The notes under the pieces were generated by a model that was given only the letters and a program-made list of their open reading frames with translations, did no database searches and had not been told where the DNA came from. Made by a program: the position numbers and the translations under genes. This document shows positions 1 to 10,500 of a stretch of 64,000 bases of DNA, one piece after another; the stretch's first letter is position 1; the number at the start of each line of letters is the position of its first letter. This stretch comes from Candidatus Bathyarchaeia archaeon. Its GTDB lineage: Archaea; Thermoproteota; Bathyarchaeia; Bathyarchaeales; Bathycorpusculaceae. The stretch is from contig JBEKKK010000003.1 of NCBI GenBank assembly GCA_050010755.1, forward strand, positions 127,194 through 191,193. The letters run 5' to 3'.

Positions 1-1
1 A

Positions 2-1369
2 GAACAGACCCTCAACTACTGGAGAGAACAATACGACAGATACCAAGAAAAGAAACAACTGCAAACAAAAAGAAGATTCCTCGAAAGAGAACTCGCCTGG
101 GCAGAAGCCTCAAGAAGAGAAGAAACACTCAGACAAATAGAAACCAACAGGAAAAAGCTCCACGAAGCCCTAACACATATAGAAGAAGAACAAAAAACCG
201 TCAAGGGCAACCTGCAAGACCAACAGGACGAAAGCGGAAAACTCAAAAACGGCTGGAAACTACTCATCGATGAACGACTGAGCCTGGAACGCGAAAGAGC
301 CACAAACGCCTCAACAATCTCGCTATGCGAACAACTACAAACCGAAACAGCCATGATACACTCCCTCGTCGAAACTCATTCCGCCAAAACAGATTCCAAA
401 GCCAGAGAAAACTCACAATTCAAACTCCTAAGAAGCGGATACCTAAAAGATCTAATACAGAACTCCAACGAGAGACTGTCAAAACTAAACAACCAGATAA
501 CCGGAAACGAAACAAAAACCCAAGAACTCGAAGAAACGGCCGAAAAAGTCAACGGCCAAGTCCTAGAAATCCGAATCAAACTAGCCCTATTACAGTATCG
601 CAGGGAAACAGCAGAGGCCAACCTGAAAGAACTGGAGAAATCACTCTCAGACGCTCGAGCACGAGCAGAAGAATCAACAAAGAAAGCAGAACAAGTCGGC
701 GCCCGAATCGCCGCGATAAAAGAAGTCGGAGAAATTCTGGACGAAATAAGAATGACCGAAGGACACCTAGCCGCATTATCCGACGTCTCGGAAGACGTAG
801 AACGCATGTACGAATCCTACTCAAAACTCTACCTGGAACTGAAGGAGAAAGCCCAACTCGTCGCCGAAAACCGCGAAAAAACCCTGGAAGAAGTAAAGAC
901 CAGGATGCAGTCCTGGCGAACCGTCATACACAACCTTCTCAACCGCGTCAACCTCGAATACCAAAAAACCCTAGTTCAAACCCAAGCAGTCGGCGAAGTC
1001 AGGCTCGCCAACGAGAGCGACATAGAAGGAGCCGGCCTCGAAATACTCGTAGGCTTCAAAGGAGGCAAACCAGTTCCGCTGGACTCCTACACACAAAGCG
1101 GCGGCGAGAGAACCACCGCCATGATGAGTTTCCTCCTAGCCCTACAGCAGCACGTCCGCTCACCCTTCCGCGCCGTCGACGAATACGACATACACATGGA
1201 CCCAAAAAACCGCGAGCTGATCGCACAGATACTCATCTCTTCTGTAAACGACTCCACCGCGCAATACCTCATCATAACACCCAGCCAAATAACATTCGCA
1301 AAAGAAGACGTGAACATAATAACAGTGCAAAACATCGACGGCAAATCGATAATCCGAGAGGTGATCTAA
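2..1369 (+). CDS. SMC-family ATPase, Smc5/6-like (5' partial; coiled coil plus C-terminal head)
   Basis: Frame is open from base 2 (EQTLNYWREQYD...). Long coiled coil, then signature QSGGER, Walker B/D-loop PFRAVDEYDIHMDPKNR and QYLIITP, which resemble eukaryotic Smc5/Smc6 motifs. Confidence 0.9.
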   Translation, partial: EQTLNYWREQYDRYQEKKQLQTKRRFLERELAWAEASRREETLRQIETNRKKLHEALTHIEEEQKTVKGNLQDQQDESGKLKNGWKLLIDERLSLERERATNASTISLCEQLQTETAMIHSLVETHSAKTDSKARENSQFKLLRSGYLKDLIQNSNERLSKLNNQITGNETKTQELEETAEKVNGQVLEIRIKLALLQYRRETAEANLKELEKSLSDARARAEESTKKAEQVGARIAAIKEVGEILDEIRMTEGHLAALSDVSEDVERMYESYSKLYLELKEKAQLVAENREKTLEEVKTRMQSWRTVIHNLLNRVNLEYQKTLVQTQAVGEVRLANESDIEGAGLEILVGFKGGKPVPLDSYTQSGGERTTAMMSFLLALQQHVRSPFRAVDEYDIHMDPKNRELIAQILISSVNDSTAQYLIITPSQITFAKEDVNIITVQNIDGKSIIREVI

Positions 1370-2190
1370 CGCTCCCCGAGAGAGAACAGAAAAAACTCGG
1401 AAGGGAAAAGCTTCAACGCATAATCGACACATGCAAATCCATCGAAGGACGCTCACTCGACCCCTTCACAGTAGACGTTAAGGACAACGTTGACACCCTC
1501 AAAAAATACTTCCCAGAATGGAAAATTCCAGAAGACCTGTGTCTAGATGCCGAAACGATACATCAACTGGCATCCATCATAAAACTTCAAAGCGAATGGG
1601 TCAAACACCGCTCCACGACTCTATACACGGACCCGTTCCTACTAGACGAAAAAATCAGACGAATACAAAAAATAGACATCGTCAGAACCTTCATCAAAGT
1701 CTGGCACCCGATAATCGAGCTGGAACAAATCTCGATCCAAAGCCTGGCAGAAGCATTGACATACTGGGAAAGCCTAGTCCCACTAAACGAAAGATGGAAC
1801 GAAATGACGCCGACACAAACAGCGTCTGGCACAGCAACCAGAGAAGAACTTGTCAACCAGAGAATCCTACGCGACGAAGCCTTTTCCCAGGAATTAGAAG
1901 ATTTCTGGCAAGAACTGAAAAAACAGGTTGCCCAGACCGGGAAAAACGGGAAGATCCGATACCAAAGCTTCGTCTATGCAGACACTTACGGAGAAACCGC
2001 GAACAGAGCCTACATGACAAGTTTTCTCATCACCTACGGTTACGCAACCCTGGAAATTCACCCTCTAGAGGAAGAAATGTTCATAGCGCCTTACGAAAAA
2101 CCAACAGTCAAAACCGGCAACAAACAACTGGTTTCGATTCCCATAGCCCTAACCGCAGAAGATTGGAAGAAATGGAAGAGGGAGAAATAG
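1369..2190 (+). CDS. Putative kleisin (ScpA/Nse4-like) subunit of the SMC complex; start codon uncertain
   Basis: Real coding part of ORF 325..2190, starting right after the SMC stop. ScpA-like LDPFTVDV motif and a C-terminal winged-helix-like segment (RAYMTSFLITYGYATL). No ATG/GTG/TTG near the SD-like GAGGTGA; ACG at 1369 overlaps the SMC TAA. Confidence 0.65.
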   Translation, partial: TLPEREQKKLGREKLQRIIDTCKSIEGRSLDPFTVDVKDNVDTLKKYFPEWKIPEDLCLDAETIHQLASIIKLQSEWVKHRSTTLYTDPFLLDEKIRRIQKIDIVRTFIKVWHPIIELEQISIQSLAEALTYWESLVPLNERWNEMTPTQTASGTATREELVNQRILRDEAFSQELEDFWQELKKQVAQTGKNGKIRYQSFVYADTYGETANRAYMTSFLITYGYATLEIHPLEEEMFIAPYEKPTVKTGNKQLVSIPIALTAEDWKKWKREK

Positions 2191-2191
2191 A

Positions 2192-2752
2192 GTGAGCAAG
2201 AGAAAGGCATACTACACGAGCAAGGTCAAACGAGCCACCCACATGCTGTTCTACAAGAGACACAAGAAACCAGGAGTCAAGGGCTGGGAACTTCGAAAGA
2301 CAATAGGCTCAGACTACCCGAAAGTACTGAGAATAATGGACGATTTCCTGAAACCGCTCGACCTGCAAATCAAAACAGTCTTCGAAGAAGGAAAGCAGGT
2401 TGAAAAACCCACTCAGGAACAGTTGGACAAAGCCAGATTCCTCGTAGAACTACGAGGGGAACTGGCACCAAAAGAAGCCAAAATGATCGGCTGGCGAATA
2501 GACGACCTAGCAGGACTGGCGATCGCCATCTCCTACATAATATCCAAAAAAGGAAAATCCCCCAGAAAAGAAGTCGACGAACTACTACGGGAAAAACTCC
2601 CCGGATGGAAAGTAGCCATCAACATCGACAGATACGTAAAATATGGGTACCTAGCCCAAGACGAAAACCAACAACTATACCTAGACTGGAGAACGACCGC
2701 AGAGGTAGATCAAAAAGCTCTAGTAGATTTGCTTCTAAAAACCGAACCGTAA
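2192..2752 (+). CDS. Putative KITE (ScpB/Nse1/Nse3-like tandem winged-helix) protein
   Basis: Third gene of the SMC operon, 186 aa. C-terminal YVKYGYL...LYLDWRTTAEVD resembles the MAGE/Nse3 WH-B end motif. Confidence 0.6.
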   Translation: MSKRKAYYTSKVKRATHMLFYKRHKKPGVKGWELRKTIGSDYPKVLRIMDDFLKPLDLQIKTVFEEGKQVEKPTQEQLDKARFLVELRGELAPKEAKMIGWRIDDLAGLAIAISYIISKKGKSPRKEVDELLREKLPGWKVAINIDRYVKYGYLAQDENQQLYLDWRTTAEVDQKALVDLLLKTEP

Positions 2753-2763
2753 TTTGCTAATAT

Positions 2764-2964
2764 CTATTTTCTTATCCGATGGTACAAAAAAGCCAAACCA
2801 GCTAAGACGATTACAGCGGCAAGAATGAGCAGCGGACTACCCATAAACTGGGCGCCAAAAGACTCATCCGCAACGCGAACAAGCCCGGCCAAAGCGAACA
2901 TCAGAAAATACCAGAACAAGCCTGACACCGCATCAAGTCCCACGATATAACCTTCCGAATTCAT
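2764..2964 (-). CDS. Small membrane protein (2 TM)
   Basis: 66 aa with two hydrophobic segments and a basic C-terminus; ATGA overlap with the nusA stop. Confidence 0.6.
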   Translation of the reverse strand: MNSEGYIVGLDAVSGLFWYFLMFALAGLVRVADESFGAQFMGSPLLILAAVIVLAGLAFLYHRIRK

Positions 2965-3398
2965 GTTATGCTAACATTTTGTATTTGGAAGTACCTCTTC
3001 ATCAAGAACCGCAAGCGCTCAGCGTTACGGCCGTTCTTCCCTATGGCCACGCCCTTGTCCTTGGGATTTACAGCTACAACAGCGATGGTTTTGCCGTCAG
3101 GCCTTTCAGTCAGACGAACTTCCTGGACCAAAGCTGGTTTCAAAGCGTTCTTAATGAACTGCGCAGGCTCTTCTGCATACTCGATTATTTCGTGTTTCTT
3201 CCCCGTCATCCTCTCCAGCGTGTGAATGTTTCTCCCTCCTCTTCCAATTGCAACCCCGACCTGGCCTTGTCCAACAACGTAAAGCACCCGTCCCTGCTCT
3301 TCATCGATTATACAGTCTTTGACACTTGCGCTTGTTATGCTCTCAAAAAGCGCGATGTAACGCATTTCGTTGCTCGTGAACTTTATTCCGCTAGTCAT
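2961..3398 (-). CDS. nusA: Archaeal NusA-like KH-domain transcription factor
   Basis: Two KH GxxG motifs (GVAIGRGG, GVAIGKNG); canonical position after rpl30e. Confidence 0.95.
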   Translation of the reverse strand: MTSGIKFTSNEMRYIALFESITSASVKDCIIDEEQGRVLYVVGQGQVGVAIGRGGRNIHTLERMTGKKHEIIEYAEEPAQFIKNALKPALVQEVRLTERPDGKTIAVVAVNPKDKGVAIGKNGRNAERLRFLMKRYFQIQNVSIT

Positions 3399-3730
3399 TC
3401 GTTTCCTCCGCTGAGTTCCTCACTTTCAGGGGTCTCCGTCAGCTTAAGGATTTCTGAGTCACCTGGCTCTCTTATACTTAACGCTGAGACGCTGAAGGGC
3501 TTACCGCACACTGCAGCTAGGTCCAGCGACGTACCCTTGTAGATTATCATGGGGACCTTCGAGAGTTTTGAATAGTACTCCACGTCCCCACGAACATCTT
3601 TCGGACAGTTTGAGGCCAGGATTATCAGCTTGACTTTACCTGTTTGAGCATTCTGCACCGCAGAAGCTGCTCCGAGAGACACCTTGCCAGTTTTTACGGC
3701 CGTGGTGATTGCTTTGTCTACGTCTATCAT
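3395..3730 (-). CDS. rpl30e: 50S ribosomal protein L30e
   Basis: AVKTGKVSLG...LIILASNCP...YKGTSLDLAAVCGKPF...PGDSEIL; operon position. Confidence 0.97.
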   Translation of the reverse strand: MIDVDKAITTAVKTGKVSLGAASAVQNAQTGKVKLIILASNCPKDVRGDVEYYSKLSKVPMIIYKGTSLDLAAVCGKPFSVSALSIREPGDSEILKLTETPESEELSGGNE

Positions 3731-6700
3731 TTCTTCTTCTCCTTTTTCTCGAACGTCGACATGAATAGCTCAACTAAGCCCGTGCCGATTGGTATTGATT
3801 GGCCCACTATTACGTTTTCGGTCACTCCTGCCAAGGGGTCGCTTTCACCTTTAACAGCTGCTTCAACGATGTTTGGAACCGTGATTTCAAACGCTGCTCT
3901 GGCCAACACACTTGACTTCTTTCCGCTTATTCCATGTCTGCCTATCTGTTGCACCTCTCCTGTAGAGGTCATCATGTCTGCAACGAGCATCACGTGACGG
4001 TTATCCACATCCAACCCTTGCTCTTCTAAGACCCCCTTAGCCTCGTGAACCAATGCGTTCCTGGAAGCTTCGATTCCTATGGTCTTGGCGATTTCATGCA
4101 CGTTATTCGTCGTGGTCCTCGACGTGTCCACTCCTGGAACCTCCAAAACCTTTGGCAGGTTTGAACCGTCGGTGTTGATGACCCATTCTCCATGTTCCTC
4201 GCTGACCAGCACTCGTTTTATGCCGGGCACGCCTTTAACGTGAAAAACTGAGACCTTGCCCAGCAGTTTCCTGATTGTTTCAACTTTCTTGGGCTGTATG
4301 AGTATGTTGTTTCCTTTCGTCTTCGTCGTGGCGTTGGGTATTTGCAGTCTGTCCTTCAGCTCCTGCATTGTTATTCCACGATCATCCATCATGGTTTTGC
4401 TGGGTTCGATCACTATCTCGTCATGCACTGGATCTATGTATACGGCTTCAGCCACGTTTTCCAACGTTGTATAGATTATGTCCCGGGCAACCTTGACCGC
4501 AGCGTCTCGGCTCTTTCTGTATTCCGGACTCAGATAAATCGTCATTACTGGTGTTGACGGAATTCTTCTGGCGTCAACAATTTCAATCAATCTTGGCAAA
4601 CCGAGAGTCACGTTTTGCTCCTTGACTCCAGCATAGTGGAATGTCCTTAGCGTCATCTGAGTGCCTGGTTCGCCGATGGACTGTGCAGCCACGATGCCAA
4701 CAGCCTCACCTGGCTCCATCAAAGCGCGCTTGTAGCGATCAACAGTTAACCCGATTGCTTTCTCAACACTTGCCGTGCTCAGTTTATATTTGACCAAGTT
4801 TTGTTTAAGTTCATCCCTCAGAATAGGCGTGAGTTGTGCTTCCACTTTCTCCAACTCTTTCTTGACAAATTCAGCGGATGCTGGTTTTCCTCTCTCCTTG
4901 CCGATTCTTATTTGGTCAACCAAACGAGTTACGTTCACTGCTTTGCCATGGTCACTCTTGGCGGGGTCAACGCCATCTTCGCCGTATTGGAATTGAATTA
5001 TGTCGCCTGTTGAGTTTCTCACAGTCCCATCGTATTCCAAACGTATGTGCTCTAACGCGTTAATCAGTCTTCTTTGCATGTAACCGCTCTGCTGAGTTCT
5101 GACGGCTGTGTCCACCAAACCTTCTCTTCCGCCCATAGCATGGAAGAAAAACTCGATGACATCAAGACCGTGCTGATATGACGAGTAAACGAAACCCCTC
5201 GCTTTTGGACGTTGATCTCCTGCCTGAAAATGCGGCAAAGCACGATCGACGTATCCTCGCAGAATTCGCTTTCCACGTACGGCCTGCTGACCGACGCACG
5301 CACTTATTTGGCCGATGTTCAAGCTGGAACCCCTGGCACCTGTCCTCGTCATCACTATGCCCGAGTTATCCAACGTGAAATCTTCATCTGCTATCTTTCC
5401 AGATTCGTCTCTCGCTTTTGCCAGCTCGTTCATTACATATATTTCGAAAGAGTCTTCGATTGTTTGGCCTGGAAGCCTAGATAGCGTGCCTTTGCGATAA
5501 CTTTCAATCAATTCCTCTATTCTCTTCTCAATCTTCTCCATAGTTTTAGCTATTCTGTCCTCGGCCTTCGCAGAAAGCACCAGCTCGTCGTATGAATAAG
5601 TGAAACCTCGCATTGAAATGAAAACCTTTAACATTCTAGTAATCTTGTTAAGAAAGTCTCTCCCAGATTCCGTTCCATAATCCTTTATTATCCGGTGGAG
5701 AAGACTTTCAGACTGTTCGGCCCCTATTGAACGCCTATCTATCACTCCGCTAACCAGTTCACCGTTCCGCACAACCACATAAGCATCGTACTGGCATTCT
5801 TCCTCCAAGCATTTTACGCATCCCTGACAGATATTTGCTTTCAAAATGTAATTCATATCCTTAGGCAGGAACAGGCTGAAAATCTGTTTTCCGCTCCAAA
5901 GTGGTTGGGGCGTCTTGATTTTCGGTTCTGGGACCGGACCCTCGTATTTCGCGGACAGCAACAGCTTGTTGACTTCGTTCCGCGTCACGTAGTTTGATTT
6001 TCTTGTGAACAGATAGGCAGAAGTTATAAAATCCCTTATCGCACCTATTATTGGACCTCCGAATCGAGGTGACAGAATCTGATCCTGAACTTGCATCAGC
6101 AAAAGTGCCTCAGTTCTTGCTTCTTCGCTTTGCGGTACGTGCAGGTTCATTTCATCTCCGTCAAAGTCCGCGTTGTAAGGCGGGCAAACGCACAGATGTA
6201 GTCGGAAAGTTTTGTAGGGTAATACGCGCACGTAATGCGCCATTATTGACATGCGGTGGAGTGAGGGCTGGCGGTTGAAGATGGCCGTATCACCGTCTCT
6301 GAGATGCCTCTCCACAACGAAGCCCAGTTCAACGGCTTCGGCGATCTTTTCCCTGTCCACTACGAACTCGAGCCTTATCCGTTTGCCGTCCGGCCTGATT
6401 ATGTAAAGGGCTCCAGGGTACTTTTCAGGCCCGTTAGTGACTAGTTTCCGCATCTCTTCAATGTTCCATTCAGTGACTTTCTCTGGAACTGACAAGTGCA
6501 TGGCAACTTCCAGTGGGACACCAACTTCGTTTATGTCAAGGTTCGGATCAGGAGAGACCACAGTTCGAGCTGAGAAATCTACTCTTTTTCCTGAAAGGTT
6601 GCTCCTGAACCTTCCTTCCTTTCCCTTGAGTCTTTGTGAGAGAGTCTTCAGTGCTCGTCCGCTCCGATGTCTCGCGGGCGGTATTCCCGAGGCTTCGTTG

Positions 6701-7548
6701 TTGAAGTATGTTGTCACATGATACTGCAGGAGCTCTGACAGATCTTGGATTATGAGCGTCGGGGCACCTGCATCCATGTTTTCCTTCAGTCTCTGATTGA
6801 TTCGAATTATGTCCACAAGTTTGTGCGTCAGGTCATCCTCTGAACGTATACCAGATTCCAGTGTTATTGATGGACGAACGTAAACCGGAGGAACTGGCAA
6901 AACTTGCAGAACCATCCACTCAGGCCTTGCCGTATTCGGATTGAATCCCAAGAGCTGAAGATCCTCATTAGGTATGCGTTCCATTCTCTCCCGAACCATG
7001 CTAGGAGTCAATGGTTCCGAACCGCTATCCGGAATCTGCTCACTGAACTTCGTGGGTTTTTCGAAGGTTATTTTGAACTGTACACCTGCGCAATGAGGAC
7101 ATTGTTTCCTCTTCGTCTCTTGCATAATTGTTTTGTAGACTTCATCCGGAACCAAACCTAAGAGTTCCCTAGTTTTTTCAATCCTTGCTTGAACTTTCTT
7201 GATGGTTTCATCGGGAAGCAAGATGCGCCCGCAGTTTCGACATGTGCACTTGAGGAGATCGAATATTATCTTGGTGAATTCTATGTGTATTATAGGAACC
7301 GCGAGTTCTATGTGGCCGAAGTGACCGGGACAGCGAATCGCTGTGTTGCCGCATGTCTTGCATCTCTGTCTTGGTTCAAGGGTTCCAAGTCTTCCGTCCA
7401 TCAATCCAGCCGTGATCGGCGCACCATCTTCGTCGTAAGTGTCAGGTGTTTGAATCTCAACAACCGAAAGCTTGCGAACGTCTTGCGGCGAAAACATGCC
7501 GAAATCTATCTCGTCTACGACCTTATGGATTATTTCTTCAACAGCCAT
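3727..7548 (-). CDS. rpoA: DNA-directed RNA polymerase subunit A, fused A'/A'' (Rpo1)
   Basis: NADFDGD catalytic motif, N-terminal zinc motif CKTC...CPGHFGH, and the A'' motif AAQSIGEPGTQMTLRTFH, all in one ORF. Confidence 0.98.
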   Translation of the reverse strand: MAVEEIIHKVVDEIDFGMFSPQDVRKLSVVEIQTPDTYDEDGAPITAGLMDGRLGTLEPRQRCKTCGNTAIRCPGHFGHIELAVPIIHIEFTKIIFDLLKCTCRNCGRILLPDETIKKVQARIEKTRELLGLVPDEVYKTIMQETKRKQCPHCAGVQFKITFEKPTKFSEQIPDSGSEPLTPSMVRERMERIPNEDLQLLGFNPNTARPEWMVLQVLPVPPVYVRPSITLESGIRSEDDLTHKLVDIIRINQRLKENMDAGAPTLIIQDLSELLQYHVTTYFNNEASGIPPARHRSGRALKTLSQRLKGKEGRFRSNLSGKRVDFSARTVVSPDPNLDINEVGVPLEVAMHLSVPEKVTEWNIEEMRKLVTNGPEKYPGALYIIRPDGKRIRLEFVVDREKIAEAVELGFVVERHLRDGDTAIFNRQPSLHRMSIMAHYVRVLPYKTFRLHLCVCPPYNADFDGDEMNLHVPQSEEARTEALLLMQVQDQILSPRFGGPIIGAIRDFITSAYLFTRKSNYVTRNEVNKLLLSAKYEGPVPEPKIKTPQPLWSGKQIFSLFLPKDMNYILKANICQGCVKCLEEECQYDAYVVVRNGELVSGVIDRRSIGAEQSESLLHRIIKDYGTESGRDFLNKITRMLKVFISMRGFTYSYDELVLSAKAEDRIAKTMEKIEKRIEELIESYRKGTLSRLPGQTIEDSFEIYVMNELAKARDESGKIADEDFTLDNSGIVMTRTGARGSSLNIGQISACVGQQAVRGKRILRGYVDRALPHFQAGDQRPKARGFVYSSYQHGLDVIEFFFHAMGGREGLVDTAVRTQQSGYMQRRLINALEHIRLEYDGTVRNSTGDIIQFQYGEDGVDPAKSDHGKAVNVTRLVDQIRIGKERGKPASAEFVKKELEKVEAQLTPILRDELKQNLVKYKLSTASVEKAIGLTVDRYKRALMEPGEAVGIVAAQSIGEPGTQMTLRTFHYAGVKEQNVTLGLPRLIEIVDARRIPSTPVMTIYLSPEYRKSRDAAVKVARDIIYTTLENVAEAVYIDPVHDEIVIEPSKTMMDDRGITMQELKDRLQIPNATTKTKGNNILIQPKKVETIRKLLGKVSVFHVKGVPGIKRVLVSEEHGEWVINTDGSNLPKVLEVPGVDTSRTTTNNVHEIAKTIGIEASRNALVHEAKGVLEEQGLDVDNRHVMLVADMMTSTGEVQQIGRHGISGKKSSVLARAAFEITVPNIVEAAVKGESDPLAGVTENVIVGQSIPIGTGLVELFMSTFEKKEKKK

Positions 7549-7549
7549 T

Positions 7550-10500
7550 TCATGCCTTCTCCTTGAGCTTCAGTTTGGGCGATATGCAAAGGCTCATCAA
7601 TTCTTGCAGCAGAAGCTTAAACGCATACGAGACCACCACTGGAGAGATTTTCGATTTATCTTCGCAGAGTTTGCATACGTACTTTCTCTGTTTCATGTCG
7701 TAATAGGCTATATGCCCGCAACTTTCGCATATGTAAAGAGTGTACTTGTCCGATTCCTCCAGCAATCTGTCCCTCAGAAGCATAGCGGCTCCGTGACCAA
7801 TCAGACAGTCACGTTCCATTTCACCGAACCTTAGACCCCCGCCCCTTGCTCTTCCCTCTGTGGGCTGCCTGGTCAGCATCTGGACCTGTCCTCTCGCTCT
7901 TGCATGAATCTTGTCGGCAACCATGTGATGCAGCTTCTGGTAATGTATCACTCCTACGTAAATGTCCGCGACAAACTTTTCACCCGTGACGCCACTGTAA
8001 AATACTTCGGCGCCAGTGTTGCTATAGCCCAACTTGACGAGTTCTTTCCTAAGTTGGTCAGGCGTTTCATTAGAGAAGGGAGTTCCGTCCACAGGGCTAC
8101 CTCTCATTGATGCCACCTTTCCAGCTAGTGATTCAATAAACTGGCCAACTGTCATCCTTGAGGGGATAGCGTGCGGGTTGACTATTATGTCCGGAACTAT
8201 TCCATCCTCCGTGAAGGGCATGTCTTCTTGGGGAACTATCAAACCAATTACACCCTTTTGTCCGTGTCGAGAAGCAAACTTGTCGCCCAACTCCGGAACG
8301 CGTTGGTCACGAACCCTCACCTTTACCAGCTTGCTCCCTTCTCCTGATGCCGTCACGAAAATAGCGTCAACTATACCCGTTTCCGACGGGCGCATGTCTA
8401 CCGAAGTGTCGCGCATAGAAGGACCTTTAACCTCGAATTCCTTGTACTCTTCAAGAAACCTAGGCGGACTGATTCTGCCGATGAGAACGTCGCCCCCCGT
8501 CACAGCTGACTCGAGACCTATTATTCCGTCTGGTTCCAGCAGTCGGTAGTACTGTTCACCCCTGTACCCTCGTGTTCCAGCTTCTGGCAACGTGAACTTG
8601 TCCTTCAACCCTCCTAGGTACTGGCGGCACTCGGCTTCATAAATGCGGAAGAAAGTTGAGCGTCCCAAGCCTCTTTCTATCGAAGCTTTGTTGAACACCA
8701 ACGCGTCTTCCATGTTGTACCCTTCATACGACAAGACGGCCACAACACAGTTTTGGCCAGACGGTCGGAGTTTGTAACCCATCGTTTCCATCAGAGCCGT
8801 CTCGGCGATGGGGAGTTGCGGATAGTGTAGAATGTGCGAACGGGAGTCCACGCGTTGCTGAAAGTTCGTCGAGTAGACTCCTAGAGCTTGCTTTGCCATC
8901 GCGGCTTGATAGGAATTGCGTGGTGATTGGTTGTGCTCAGCATATGGGATGGTTGAAGCGCAGATCCCGAGAATCGTGTACATTGCAATTTCCAAGTGCG
9001 TATGTGAAGGCTCTAGCTCTTCAGGGCACAAGGCGATGTAGGCGTTTTCCTCTTCCTCAGCGTCTATATATTCTATTATGCCGTTCTTGATTAGATCTTC
9101 CCATGCCCACTCGCCGGAGCTTATCTTTTCGACATGCTCTTTTCGGAGTTTGGGAACGCCGTTCTCGACTATTATCAGGGGCCGCCTAACCCTTCCTTCG
9201 TCACAGTTTACATACAGTTCTTCCCTCTCGCCCTGAGCTTTTGTGAAATAAGCCACGTTGACTTCGGTCGATATTTCTCCCCTCCTCCTCCGTTCAACGA
9301 GTTCTCGAGCTAATTCTCCTGGTGAGCCGAAATATCCAATTATGTTTCCGTCTACGAAGACTTTTGAACCAGAGAGTCTTAAGGTTTCATCTGCCTCCAG
9401 TACTGCCCGAACGCCAGAACTGAACAGCAGCTGCTTTATTTTATCGGGATTTACGCCCACTGAGATAGTTGCGGACAATGCTAGGTTCTTGACCAATCCG
9501 CAGTTTGAGCCTTCAGGCGTTTCGTTGGGGCACAGGCGACCCCAGTGTGTTGCGTGCAGATCCCTTGCCTCGAAGTTTGGTTGACTTCTGCTCAGAGGCG
9601 ACTGCAACCTGCGCAGGTGGCTCAGAGTAGAGATGTGGTTCGTCCTATCCAAGAGTTGAGTTATGCCAACTCTTCCTCTTCCCCAGTTTCCAGTCGCAAG
9701 CGCGTGCTGAAATCTTTCGGAAATTATTCCAGGGCGCACGGCTGCTGAAACGGTTATTATCGGCCCCTTCACGCCTATGCGTTCTAGCTGATATTTTATG
9801 TCGCGCGTGAGGTTTCTAAAGGCTACCCTGAAAAGGTCGGCGAGCAAGGGTCCTGCAAGCCTCAGTCGCTTGTTCTTGAAATGGTCCTTGTCATCGATTT
9901 TTCGTCGTTCAAGTTGCAGCTCAATGGCTCTGCAAGCCATCTCACTCAAGAACAATGCTTTATCTTTTCTGCTCTGGTCCGTTCTGCCAATATGCGGCAG
10001 AAAGTTTTTGTCTATCGCCGTTTCGGCTTTCTGGACTCGATATTCTTCCACTTGCCCGTGCGCCACACGATTCCCGATGAACAGAATCGCGTCTTTTGCT
10101 GTGTCTACTCCTAAGGCTTTTTCGTAGGAAGGCTCTAAAGAGGTTTGTACGTCCTTGTCCAGAGAAATTGATTCTGCGATTTCTTTGTCTGATTCTAGTC
10201 CCAGGGCACGCATTAGCACGACGAACGGGATTTCCGAGGGCACTCCTGGGATTGAAACGTATATTGCCGCGTCAGATTTTATCTTTAATTCTATTCTTGC
10301 CCTGAAACCAACGGTGGTTGAGAAAATCTTTGATTGGTATACCGGCGTTGCGCCCTTTTCGTCTATGTCCACGATTATGCGGTTCGGGGCCAGGTCTTCC
10401 ATGGCTACTATTACGCGTTCGGAACCGTTAACTACAAAGTAGCCGCCAGGGTCGTCTGGATCTTCTCCGCATGCTATCAGTTCTTCTCTTGAAAGTTGAG

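Noticed and set aside
325-1368. N-terminal ~350 aa of the 621-aa ORF 325..2190
   Set aside because: Arg/Asn/Pro-rich shadow frame overlapping the SMC gene; stop codons are rare because the strand is T-poor.
1518-2195. 225-aa alternative-frame ORF
   Set aside because: Overlaps the kleisin-like gene and has low-complexity shadow composition.
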